Positions 39,322-49,707 of a DNA stretch of 64,000 bases are shown piece after piece. The position numbers and the translations under genes were made by a program. Source of the DNA: Rhizophagus irregularis. Its lineage: Eukaryota. Position 1 is the first letter of the stretch. Every line of letters starts with the position of its first letter. The notes under the pieces were generated by a model, which saw only the letters and a list, made by a program, of their open reading frames with translations, was not told where the DNA came from and did no database searches. Location: assembly GCF_026210795.1 (NCBI RefSeq), contig NC_089432.1, positions 186,001 through 250,000 on the forward strand. Reading direction: 5' to 3'.

Positions 39322-39435
39322 CAAACTGCGGTGACACAAGCAGATTAATCTACTTGGCTAAATTAATTGCCACTCTCAGAACGCCAATACTGCAGTACTG
39401 CTGTACATCCAAATAAATAAATATGTTGTGTAAAA
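39322..39435 (+). promoter_or_regulatory. Conserved upstream module of the Sel1 gene family
   Basis: ACTGCGGTGACACAA (from 39325) ... ACTGCAGT (39389-39396) ... CCAAATAAATAAATATGTTGTGTAAAA. Confidence 0.55.
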
Positions 39436-39482
39436 ATTTAGCCATAGTATTTCACTTTCAACCCGCAGAATCATTATTCATA

Positions 39483-40388
39483 ATGACTGATAACACCGCT
39501 TACGAATGTTATCATCAATTATCAAATAAACGACAATTAATTCAAAATTTGGATATGCTATCTCATATTACTCGAAATTTTTTTAGAATAAATATATCGG
39601 AAATAGAACCTACAACTCAAGATATTGAGTATATTTTTGATGATGATTTAAATATTGTGATTGATAATTTGATTAATCTTTATTTTCAGGAAACAAATAA
39701 AGGAAAAGAAGAAAAAGTAAGAAAGAAATTTGTTCTTGATTATTTTAATTATTATAAGATTAATTTGCAAAAAATGTATTATTGGCTTCTAAATAATCAA
39801 ACTTGTTCAAATACTGTCTATTTACTTGGATATTTTAATTATCACGGAATTGAAATTGATATTGATGAACAAAATGCATTTGAATTATATCAAAAAGCAG
39901 CTGAGTTAGGAAATATTGTAGTTCAATACGATCTTGCTAATATGTATTTTTATGGGAAAGGTGTTGATAAGGATTATGATAAAGCTTTTGAATTATCTAA
40001 AAAGTTATCAGAGAAAAAATATTCATGTGGATTAAATAGGTTAGGATATTGTTACGAATATGGTATTGGAACTAATGTTAATGGACAAAAAGCATTTGAA
40101 TTATATCAAAAAGCGGCAGAATTAGGAAATGTAATTGGAATATATAACTTGGGACGTTGTTATAAGAATGGATTTGGAACCACTATTAATAAAAATAAGG
40201 CTTTTGAATCACTTCTAAAAGCAGTAAATTTAGGATATAATGTAGCTCAACAAAATATTGCCTGGATGTATGAAAAAGGATATGGAACTGAAAAAAATAT
40301 GGATTTAGCAATTTATTGGTATAAAAAATCTGCTGAACAGGGGAATAAATATTCTCAAAATAAATTGAACAAACTTTTAAATGAATGA
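39483..40388 (+). CDS. Kinase-free Sel1-like repeat protein (5 repeats)
   Basis: Lies within ORF 39423-40388. Start placed at ATG 39483 (MTDN) by alignment to paralogue starts (MSDN); the upstream ATG at 39423 falls inside the conserved promoter module. Confidence 0.88.
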   Translation: MTDNTAYECYHQLSNKRQLIQNLDMLSHITRNFFRINISEIEPTTQDIEYIFDDDLNIVIDNLINLYFQETNKGKEEKVRKKFVLDYFNYYKINLQKMYYWLLNNQTCSNTVYLLGYFNYHGIEIDIDEQNAFELYQKAAELGNIVVQYDLANMYFYGKGVDKDYDKAFELSKKLSEKKYSCGLNRLGYCYEYGIGTNVNGQKAFELYQKAAELGNVIGIYNLGRCYKNGFGTTINKNKAFESLLKAVNLGYNVAQQNIAWMYEKGYGTEKNMDLAIYWYKKSAEQGNKYSQNKLNKLLNE

Positions 40389-40863
40389 ATTATATAGATT
40401 TTATTGAAAAAGAAATTACTAGTTATTAAACCAAAAAAAAAAAAATGTAAGTATCTCGTTAACCTGTTTATTATGCCCAACTTCATGCGCTAGTAATTTC
40501 GAATTTAATTTAATTTCACGTGATTTGCGTAAATAATTCATGGGAAGTTTATTTTGTAAGTTCAATCTACACTTTTATCAAATCGCTTTATCATATAATA
40601 TTTAAATAACCTACTAGTAGTTAGAAATTAGCAATTTGTATTTAATTTTGTTATAAACTGCTTTAATTAGATTTTTAAATTGTGAATTATAACAAAATTT
40701 AAGATTTTCAATAAATTGGTTCACTATTTATGTGATTAAATAATGCTTATATTAAATAAAAGTTATTTTTGTTATATTAAATATAATCCCTTTATAAATA
40801 ATGCATATGTTGTATTTATATAATGTTCTTATATAACAATAATACTTTATACTTTATGTAATC

Positions 40864-40940
40864 AAAACTGCGGTGACACAAAGTTAATATGCGACAATGG
40901 TTTCACCGCAGTGTTACATTCAAATAAATATGCAGTACAA
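40864..40940 (+). promoter_or_regulatory. Conserved upstream module of the Sel1 gene family with a perfect 10-bp inverted repeat
   Basis: ACTGCGGTGA (40867-40876) / TCACCGCAGT (40903-40912), then CAAATAAATATGCAGT (40921-40936). Confidence 0.6.
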
Positions 40941-41000
40941 AATTAGTTTCTTTCATGATAACTTAAATTTTCGTTCACTTGTAAAAAATTACTATTTACA

Positions 41001-42083
41001 ATGTCAGATAATATTGAAATGCAAGCTAAATATGAAAATTATCAAAATATTTATCCTAAATCATCAAATGAACAGCAACTGACTCTAAATATGAATAATA
41101 TTAATATACCGAATATTAATAATAATTCATTACATATAGAATTATCTCAAATTAGTCAAAATTTTTTTAAAGTAACTATATCAGAAAAAGAACCTTCAAC
41201 TCAAGATATTGAAAAAAATATTTTTGAAGAAGATTTAAAAACTATAGTTGATAATTTGGTTGATCTTTATTTTCAGGAAACAAATAAAGGGAAAGAAGGA
41301 AGAGTAAGAAAGAAGTTCGTTCTTGATTATTTAAATAATTACAAAATTAACTTACAAGAAATCTATCATTGGCTTCTAAATAATCAAACTTTTTCAAATT
41401 CCATTTATTTACTCGGTTATTTTAATTATCAAGGAATTGGAGTTAACATTAACATGCAAAATGCATTTAAATTATATAAAAATGCAGCAGAGTTGAAAAA
41501 TATTGCGGTTCAATATGATCTTGCTAATATGTATATAGATGGGGAAGGTACTGATAAAGATTATGAAAAAGCTTTTGAATTATCCAAAAAATTAGCAGAA
41601 GGAAAATATACATGCGGAATAAATTTGTTAGGATATTGTTATGAATATAATATTGGAACTGCAATTAATGAACAAAAAGCATTCGAATTTTATCAAAATG
41701 CAGCAAATTTAGAAAATATGTTTGGAGTATATAATTTAGGACGTTGTTATAAGAATGGATTTGGAACCGATGTTAATAAAAAAAAGGCATTTGAGTCATT
41801 TCAAAAGGCAACAAATTTAGGAAATGTATATGCAAGTTATAGTTTAGGACGTTGTTATAAGAAGGGATTTGGAACTAATGTTAATAAAAAAAAAGCATTT
41901 GAATTATTTCAAGAGCCAGCAAATACTGGATATAATATGGCTCAACAAAATCTTGCCCGGATGTATGAAAAAGGATATGGAACTGAAAAAAATATAAATA
42001 TGGCAATTCATTGGTATAAAAAATCTGCTGAACAGGGGAATGAATATTCTCAAAACAAATTGAACCAACTTTTAAATGAATGA
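41001..42083 (+). CDS. Kinase-free Sel1-like repeat protein (6 repeats)
   Basis: 360-aa intact ORF. Repeats 4 and 5 (LGRCYK.GFGT.VNKKKAFE) look like a recent internal duplication. Confidence 0.9.
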   Translation: MSDNIEMQAKYENYQNIYPKSSNEQQLTLNMNNINIPNINNNSLHIELSQISQNFFKVTISEKEPSTQDIEKNIFEEDLKTIVDNLVDLYFQETNKGKEGRVRKKFVLDYLNNYKINLQEIYHWLLNNQTFSNSIYLLGYFNYQGIGVNINMQNAFKLYKNAAELKNIAVQYDLANMYIDGEGTDKDYEKAFELSKKLAEGKYTCGINLLGYCYEYNIGTAINEQKAFEFYQNAANLENMFGVYNLGRCYKNGFGTDVNKKKAFESFQKATNLGNVYASYSLGRCYKKGFGTNVNKKKAFELFQEPANTGYNMAQQNLARMYEKGYGTEKNINMAIHWYKKSAEQGNEYSQNKLNQLLNE

Positions 42084-42390
42084 ATTAAATAGTAATTTTT
42101 AAGTATTATTAGAAAAAAAAATTACTATTATTATAGATGTAGGTATATTTACATTCTGTACTTGCTAATTTTTATTTATTCAAATATTTAAGAAAAATTC
42201 ATGGTAGCCAAATTTATGTAAGTTCCAAAGGAAAAACATTCTTTATCGAATCGCTTTATTATGTATTATTCATTTTTGTTTCAAGTATCTGGGTAGTTAA
42301 GGACTACAGTTTTATATTTTTATATTTTAATTTTGTTATAAAAGTTCTCATTAGATTTTTGCAGCTTTCTCAACAAATTGGACCGATCAT

Positions 42391-42573
42391 CACTGGTAAA
42401 GAGGTAATATGGAAACCTTGGTGTACGTGATTGAAACTTGTCCAATTTACATAAAATTTCCATAACATTTCCACAACTTCATTGAAATTTGGAGTACACC
42501 ATGGAAATTGGATAGGTTTCCACCAAATTTTAATAGCATAAACTTCACGTAAACCATATCTCTTCGACCTGTA
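42391..42573. mobile_element. Degenerate CMC-like MITE
   Basis: CAT|CACTGGTAAAGAG ... CTCTTCGACCTGTA|CAT: imperfect TIR with a 3-bp direct flank. The segment is absent from the paralogous 3' flank near 44230. Confidence 0.45.
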
Positions 42574-42791
42574 CATGTCACTAACGTCCAATAACAATCT
42601 TTTACCTATTTATTTTCATTATTTATTTATTTTGGCTAGTACATTATGCTGACATTAAATAAAGAACATTATTGTCGTTTTGGTATAATATATTTTATAT
42701 AATAATAATTGTTTAAAAATTTGATTTTGTGCGATTGGAATATAGTGAGAATTGAGAATTTCTTTTTTGTACTTTATGTAATGATGAGCGT

Positions 42792-42882
42792 CAAACTGCG
42801 GTGACACAAAATCATTCTGCGGACAATTAAAACTAATTGGTTACACTGCAGAAGTACATCCAAATAAATATGCAGTGTAAAA
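42792..42882 (+). promoter_or_regulatory. Conserved upstream module of the Sel1 gene family
   Basis: ACTGCGGT (42795-42802) ... ACTGCAG (42845-42851) ... CAAATAAATATGCAGT (42861-42876). Confidence 0.6.
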
Positions 42883-42996
42883 ATTAAATAATGTTTTTCG
42901 CCCCTCATACGCCCCTCAATGACTTTCTGAATACGAAAATTATTAAACAGTTAATATTTATCCTAAATTATCAAATAAACAGTAACTATTCTGAAT

Positions 42997-43833
42997 ATGG
43001 ATACATCTCATGTTGTACAAAATTTTTTTAAAGTAAATATGTTGGAAACAGAACCTTCAACCCAAGATATTGAAGAAAATATTTTCGAAGAAGATTTAAG
43101 TATTTTAGTTGATAAATTGGTTGACCTTTATTTTCAGGAGACAAATAAAGGAAAAAAATTAAGAAAGCAATTTGTTCTTGATTATTTTATTAGTTATAAG
43201 GTTAATTTACAAGAAATTTATTGTTGGATTCAAAATAACCAAACTTGTTCAAATTCTAATTATTTACTTGGGTATTTTAATTATCATGGAATTGGAATTG
43301 ATATTAACATGCAAAATGCATTTAAATATTATCAAAAAGCTGCAGAATTGGAAAATGTATTGGCTCAATTTGAACTTGCTAGTAACATGTATTTTTATGG
43401 GAAAGGTGTTAATAATAATTATTATAAAGTTTTTGAATTATCTGAAAAGTTGTCAAATAGAAAATATTCATGTGGAATAAATTTATTAGCATATTGTTAT
43501 GAACATGCATTTGGAACTAATATGAATGGACAAAAAGCATTCGAATTATATCAAGATGCAGCAGATCTAGGAAACGTATTTGGAATATATAATTTAGGAC
43601 GTTGTTATAGGAATGGAATTGGAATCAGTGTTAATATAAAGAAAGCACTTGAATTATATCAAAAAGCAGCAAATTATGGATATCATGTAGCTCAACAAAA
43701 TATTGCCTTGATGTATGAGAAAGGATTTGGAACTGAAAAAAATATAGATCAAGCAATCCATTGGTATAAAAAATCTGCTGTACAAGGGAATAAATATTCT
43801 CAAAGTAAATTGAAACAACTTTTAAAAGAATGA
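42997..43833 (+). CDS. Kinase-free Sel1-like repeat protein (5 repeats), N-terminally shortened
   Basis: 278-aa ORF; the upstream ancestral N-terminus carries stops at 42944-42946 and 42983-42985. Confidence 0.8.
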   Translation: MDTSHVVQNFFKVNMLETEPSTQDIEENIFEEDLSILVDKLVDLYFQETNKGKKLRKQFVLDYFISYKVNLQEIYCWIQNNQTCSNSNYLLGYFNYHGIGIDINMQNAFKYYQKAAELENVLAQFELASNMYFYGKGVNNNYYKVFELSEKLSNRKYSCGINLLAYCYEHAFGTNMNGQKAFELYQDAADLGNVFGIYNLGRCYRNGIGISVNIKKALELYQKAANYGYHVAQQNIALMYEKGFGTEKNIDQAIHWYKKSAVQGNKYSQSKLKQLLKE

Positions 43834-44587
43834 ATGAATTAATAATTTTTAAGTATTATTGGAAAGAGATTAATATTTATTATCCAAAAAATACAGATAT
43901 CTTATTTAACCTGCTTTTTAAATTTATTACTCTTGATTTACTCTATAAAATCAACCTTTTAACTTTCCGCGCTACTAATTTACTATGAAATTTTTTCAAT
44001 TAAGTAATTTATTCAAATAAGAGTTTTTGTTTAATTATATGGAAAATACATGGATCTATAAATTAATTCTAAGTGAAAATGCTTATTATATCATTTTCAA
44101 TTATTCAATAATATTTATTTTACTTCAAATATCTGAGTAGTTAGTAGTAATTGGAGATTTATATTTTAATTTTATTATAAAATATTTTCATTAAGATTTT
44201 GAGAATGTATAACTATTACTATGCGTTTTTTCAACAATCATGTTCACTATCTATTTCTGCTCTTATTCACTTATTTTTACAATTTATTTATGTTGAGACT
44301 ACATTAATTATTAAATACGGGTATTTATTATAAATAATACATGTCGTTTTGCATAATATTTTTTATATGATATATTTTAAGTAACAATACAATTGTTAAA
44401 AATTAAGATTTTAAAAATAATTCCTATAAATTATGGTAATAAATTAATATTCATAAGAACCACAAAAAAAAATTAAAAAGATTATTCAGTATTTTACACA
44501 ATATTTAGTCGAAAATAAATTTTTTAAAAAATAAAAGTTATTTGTTATCAAATGTAAATTATGAAGAATACGAGAGAAATATATACT

Positions 44588-44770
44588 TGTTATTCCATGG
44601 GTATCAATGAATAACTGAAATATTCACTGATGCCTTGGGGGCCCGAAGGGAGGGGAGCATCGGTGTATATGGAGTATTTTATTAGGTACCCATGGAATAA
44701 CAGGCTTATATCATTGTGTATGACGTGAGTAATTTACAAATCCATCGGTGAATACATAATATCGATGTGA
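44588..44770 (-). repeat. Hairpin-rich dispersed repeat (possibly Crypton-derived)
   Basis: Perfect 16-bp IR TGTTATTCCATGGGTA (44588-44603) / TACCCATGGAATAACA (44687-44702), enclosing a 12/14 IR (44620-44633 / 44657-44670) and CCC-GAA-GGG. Second copy at 35688-35840. Confidence 0.7.
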
Positions 44771-45305
44771 TAAAAAAAATTATTTTAGGTATAAATTTTA
44801 TGTTTGGTTTATTTTATGAACATGCCATATTTCTGCGGTGATACTGAGATAGTTGATGTTATAATAGCAGTATCTTAAGCAACTCCTCGTTGCTATAAGT
44901 GTAAAATGTAAGTAATTTTCATGATATTTGATATCGCTCCAATAAATGGGACGTAGTATTGACTTATACATTTTAGAAATAATCAGCGCTAAATCACGTA
45001 ATCGGGATATTTTTCGAATATTTTCATGTATTGAATTGACAAGACCTAAGTAGACAAAATAATAAATACCGTGGATATGAATGAGATAAATATGGAATGT
45101 CAATCGATTTAACTTTTTTAATAAAATATTGTTACATTTTATTATACTAACAATAAATATAAATAAATTATAATTCAGTTACTCATAAATTGGCCCTTAA
45201 AATTAATATACTATATGGTCATTCACCAGATTTTTTTTATATATTAAGTAATTTTACAAAAAAGGTACAGATTTATACGAGAAACATAAATAGAAACATA
45301 AAATT

Positions 45306-46382
45306 TTAATTTAAAAGATTATTCAATTTATTTTGTGCATTTTTGTGTCCTTGTTTGGCAGATTTTTTATACCAATAAATTGCATTATCTATATTTTTTT
45401 TAGTTCCATACCCATTTTCGTACATAAAAGCAAGATTATATTGGGCTCTATCATTTTTCAATTTTGCGGCTTTTTGATATAATTCCAATGCCTTTTGCGT
45501 ATTAACTAAAGTTCCAATTCCATTAAAATAACAATTGCCCAAGTGATTTATTCCAAACGATTCTCCTAAATCTGCTACTTTGTCATATAATTCAAATGCC
45601 CTTTGTTCATTAACTTCTGTCCCAATTCCCTTTTCATAACAATATGCTACGTTATTTAACCCCTTTGCATTTCCTAAATCTGCCGCTCTTTCATATAGTT
45701 CAAACACTTTTTGTTCATTAACATCAGTTCCAATGCCATGTTCATAACAATATCCTAATAAATTTATTCCACATGAATAATTTCTTTTCGCTAAATCTAT
45801 AGTTAATTCAAAGGCTTTTTCATAATCTTCATCAGTACCCTCCCCATCCATATACATATTGGCAACTTCATATTGAGCTACAATATTTTCCAACTCTGTT
45901 GCTTTTTGATAAAATTTAAATGCATTTTGCATATTAATATCAATTCCAATTCCATGATAATTAAAATATCCAAGTAAATAAATAGAGTTTGAATAAGTTT
46001 GGTTATTTAGAAGCCAACAATAGATTTCTTGTAAATTTATTTTATAATCATTAAGATAATCAAGAACAAATTTCTTTCTCGCATTCACTTCTTTTCCTTT
46101 ATTTATTTCTTCAAAATAAAGATTAACCAATTTATCAACCACTATAATTAAATCTTCTTCAAGAATATTTTCTTTGATATCTTGAATTGTAGGTTCTATT
46201 TCTAATATATTTACTTTAAAAAAGTTTTGAATAACATGAGATAATTTTTCTGTGTATAAAGAAAGATTCAATATACTAATATTATTCATATTTAGATTTA
46301 GTTGCTGATTATTTGATAATTTAAGATAAGTTTTAACTTGATAATTTTCGTATTCAGCTTGCATTTCGGTATTATCCGACAT
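45306..46382 (-). CDS. Kinase-free Sel1-like repeat protein (6 repeats)
   Basis: 358-aa intact ORF; C-terminal repeats are closest to those of the 36416 gene. Confidence 0.9.
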   Translation of the reverse strand: MSDNTEMQAEYENYQVKTYLKLSNNQQLNLNMNNISILNLSLYTEKLSHVIQNFFKVNILEIEPTIQDIKENILEEDLIIVVDKLVNLYFEEINKGKEVNARKKFVLDYLNDYKINLQEIYCWLLNNQTYSNSIYLLGYFNYHGIGIDINMQNAFKFYQKATELENIVAQYEVANMYMDGEGTDEDYEKAFELTIDLAKRNYSCGINLLGYCYEHGIGTDVNEQKVFELYERAADLGNAKGLNNVAYCYEKGIGTEVNEQRAFELYDKVADLGESFGINHLGNCYFNGIGTLVNTQKALELYQKAAKLKNDRAQYNLAFMYENGYGTKKNIDNAIYWYKKSAKQGHKNAQNKLNNLLN

Positions 46383-46430
46383 TGTGAATAATACTTTATA
46401 GGTGAAGAAGTTTAAGTTACCATAAAATGA

Positions 46431-46506
46431 TTACACTGCATATTTATTTGGACGTAATACCGTACCGCAGTACGACCAATGAATTTTGTATGCCGCAGTT
46501 TTGGCG
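46431..46506 (-). promoter_or_regulatory. Conserved upstream module of the Sel1 gene family
   Basis: Reverse complement reads CGCCAAAACTGCGGCATACAAAATT...ACTGCGGTAC...CCAAATAAATATGCAGTGTAA. Confidence 0.6.
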
Positions 46507-46569
46507 TTATACTAATCTTCATTACATGAGGCATATAAAGTATTAATTTCAGAATATTTGATATTCCCA

Positions 46570-48645
46570 GTAGTGTGTCAATCCGGATGAAATCCGTCAT
46601 CGTCATCCGTTTAGCTCATCCGATTATCCGTGACGGATAATCGGATTATCCGGATATCTGTCGGATTTGATCAGATATTTGCCGGATATCCGATTAAATA
46701 TATATATGTAAGAGTTTGGAATATTTAAAAGTAACTAGGTAAAGGTTTCACTAACAGTTTTTTCTTCTTTTTTTTTCAATAGGGACGGACAAATGGACTT
46801 TCTTTTTCTTTTTTCACTGGAAATTGGAGCTTTAGTTTCGTTCAGATTTTCTCGTAGGAGTTCTTTTCATGGATATTTTTTTTTCTTTTTACTTTCTTTT
46901 TACTATTTTAACCCACTATTAATCATTTCTAATTTTTTACAGTCTGACGGACGAACGGTTTTGGACTTTAGAAAACATTAAAGTTGATGGTTTATTTCGT
47001 TCATTTCGTTTGACTTTTTGTTTCTTTGGCCTGTTATTAACTATTTTTTAATAGGAACGGACCAACAGGTGAATGGTTTGAAACTTTAGGAAACATTAAG
47101 GGTAGAGTTTTGTTTTTATTTTATTTTATTTGAACGTTTTCTTTATGTCAATTACTAAAGTTTATTTTTTTCTCTCCTTTATTTTACAGGAATAGACTGA
47201 CAGATAAATTTTTCAGCCCATTTAATTTTTTCCTTCCTTTTTATCCTTGAACTTTATTATTCACGATAACAGTGGGGTGGGTAGGTTTTTCTTTTCTTCC
47301 ATATAACCTTATCTCCTAATTTTTTATATCCTCTTTTAGATTAGCCGATGGCCAGGTGTGCTAGGGACGCTAATCTTTAGAAATCCCTTTTTTCATTTGT
47401 TTGTTCGAGGGTTTCTTGTTCTTTTTGGCCATTACTAACAGTCTTTTTTACAGATATGGATTGATGAACAAATGATTCAAAACTTTAGGCTCCATTTTGA
47501 CGTTAAGGTATGTATTTTATTTCGTTCAAAGAATTTTTTTGTTCCTTCAACTATTATTAAACTTTTCTTCTTTTTATAGAGCGGTTTTATTTCCTCGAGC
47601 GATTTATTTAAAGAGAAAATAAAATAAAAATTACGTCCCTAAAATAAAGAAAGAAAACTGGTTAACTTTGATCGAAGGAGAAAAAAATTCTTTCTAATAA
47701 ATTAAATACCTACTTCAAAGTCAACCGTTCTGAAAGAAACATAATCCTGAACTGTTTCTGCAAAAAAAAAAGAAAGCAACGGTTAGTAATATAGATTAAA
47801 GGAACAGAAAAAAAAGTCTTGAAACGATGACATACTCTTTATCCTATTCAAAGTCCTATTATATTGCTATAAGAAACAAAATTGATAATAATAGCTAAAG
47901 GACAAAAAACTCGACCTAAATAAAAAATAAAAAAGACCAAACCGTTCCTAAATACAAAAAGAAGAAAAAGGTTAGCCAGTAAACAAAAATTTTTCAAACG
48001 AAATGAAATATCTACTTCAGTGAGTTCAACCCAAACGGAAATTTAAGTGTTAAAAAGATCCTGGACCTTTTCTGTAAAAAAAAAAGCAATCTTATGCGCC
48101 TTTTACTAACAAAGTTGTTAGAATTGGGAATGAATATAGAAATAATTGTGCAGCTAAGAAAAAGGCTCAATTTGTTCCGTGGTGGGATCAGATACGTTTA
48201 ATAATTTGAACAATACTCTTAATAGTAAATTGCGTGATGAATCAACTGAAGTACGCCTGAAAAGGTAATTTCTGATAACAAGAAGCGCATAAATGATACT
48301 GAAAATACGAGTAGTAGGGAAGGTTTTTTTATTGTTCTTCAAGTAGATAGGTATCGTCTTTATCAGGCATTTTATTGTATATATGTATATTTTCACACGT
48401 ATAGTAGCCAGCGAGTATGTTTTTTTACAAAGCTCCAATAAAATAAAATTGAAAAAAAACAAGAAACGGTTAGCAAAGGGGTTAATTTTTTTTTAAAAGA
48501 AAAATCCTGAACGAGACTTACTATAAGAAGTGATTTTCCATTATTTATTGGTTAAATTTAAAATAAAATTAACATTCCGATTTCCGATGTTTTACGTTAA
48601 ACTATGTCTATCCGATCCGTTTAAAAAAATTTATCCGTATAAAAT
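46570..48645. mobile_element. Probable DNA-transposon relic containing arrays of intron/micro-exon-like units
   Basis: Begins TAGTGTGTCAATCCGGAT followed by dense ATCCG/CGGAT repeats (to 46695), with similar motifs at 48575-48640. The interior is built of repeated branch point-polypyrimidine-YAG units. Right TIR not found. Confidence 0.45.
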
Positions 48646-49199
48646 CAATTTTTTTTTTTAATAATTTATTGTTATGTAAAAAAAAAATTATATATATATC
48701 AATAAAACGACATATGCATTATTTATAAAAAAAGACAAACCAAAATGACCTTTATTTAATGTGAGCATAATATAATCTCACATAAATGAGATAAATAGAG
48801 GTACTATAAAAGGTTTGTTTTTGGGCGCAAGTGAACATAATCGATATACGCAGTAGTTATAATTTAGTTTCTGTTATAATTTGCGTTTTCAAAATTTAAT
48901 GGAAGCATTAAATATAAATTCCAATTTCTAACTTCTAAGGTATTTAAAATTATTGAGTAAAGCAATTTGAACGAGATATATAAATATGATACTAATATAC
49001 TGTCTATACTGTTTTTGAATCGATTTATTTGATTTTAAATTCAAGTAATAAATTGAAATAGCAGATTAATGAGAGACATGTTTTATTTTTTATTAGATTA
49101 ATATACAGTAATTTCTTTTAAAAAAATATTTAAAATTTGTTACGAAATTCATTTTCTTTAAAGAAAAATTTAAAAATCGTTACAAAGTTCATTTTTTTT

Positions 49200-49707
49200 T
49201 TAAATGTCGTTTTAATTTATTTTGAGAATATTCCCTTGTTCAGCAGATTTTTTATACCAATAAATCGCCGAGTTCATATTTATTTCAAATCCATATAATT
49301 TTTCATACATTTGGACAAAATTTTGTTAGGCTACGTTATATCCAAAATTTGCTGCTTTTGAAATAATTTGAACGCTTTTTTAAAATTATAGCAACATGCA
49401 ACATTCTAAATTATACATTGTATATATATTTCCTAAATCCGCAGCTTTTTGATATAATTCGAATTCTTTTTGTTCATTAAAAGCAGTTCTAATATAATAA
49501 TATTATATCCTAACTAGCTTATTCCACATGGATATTTTCTTTCTGTTAATTTTTTAGATAATTCGAAAGCTGTTTCATAATCTTTATCAGTATCCTCCCT
49601 ATTTATAAAGATCATACTAATCTACAATATTTCTAAACTCTGTTGCTTTTTGATAAAATTTAAATACATTTTGCATGTTAAAGCTAATTCCAATTCCATG
49701 ATAATTA
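49200..49707 (-). pseudogene. Decayed Sel1-like repeat gene fragment
   Basis: Reverse complement contains NYHGIGI..NMQN.FKFYQKATE, DKDYETAFELSKKL, FELYQKAADLGN and YWYKKSAEQG, interrupted by stops and indels; the 5' part is missing. Confidence 0.8.

Noticed and set aside
39423..39482. Longer N-termini given by the ORF track for 39423-40388 and 56032-57126
   Set aside because: The upstream ATG is part of the AAATAAATATG promoter motif; paralogue alignment supports the downstream starts at 39483 and 57057.
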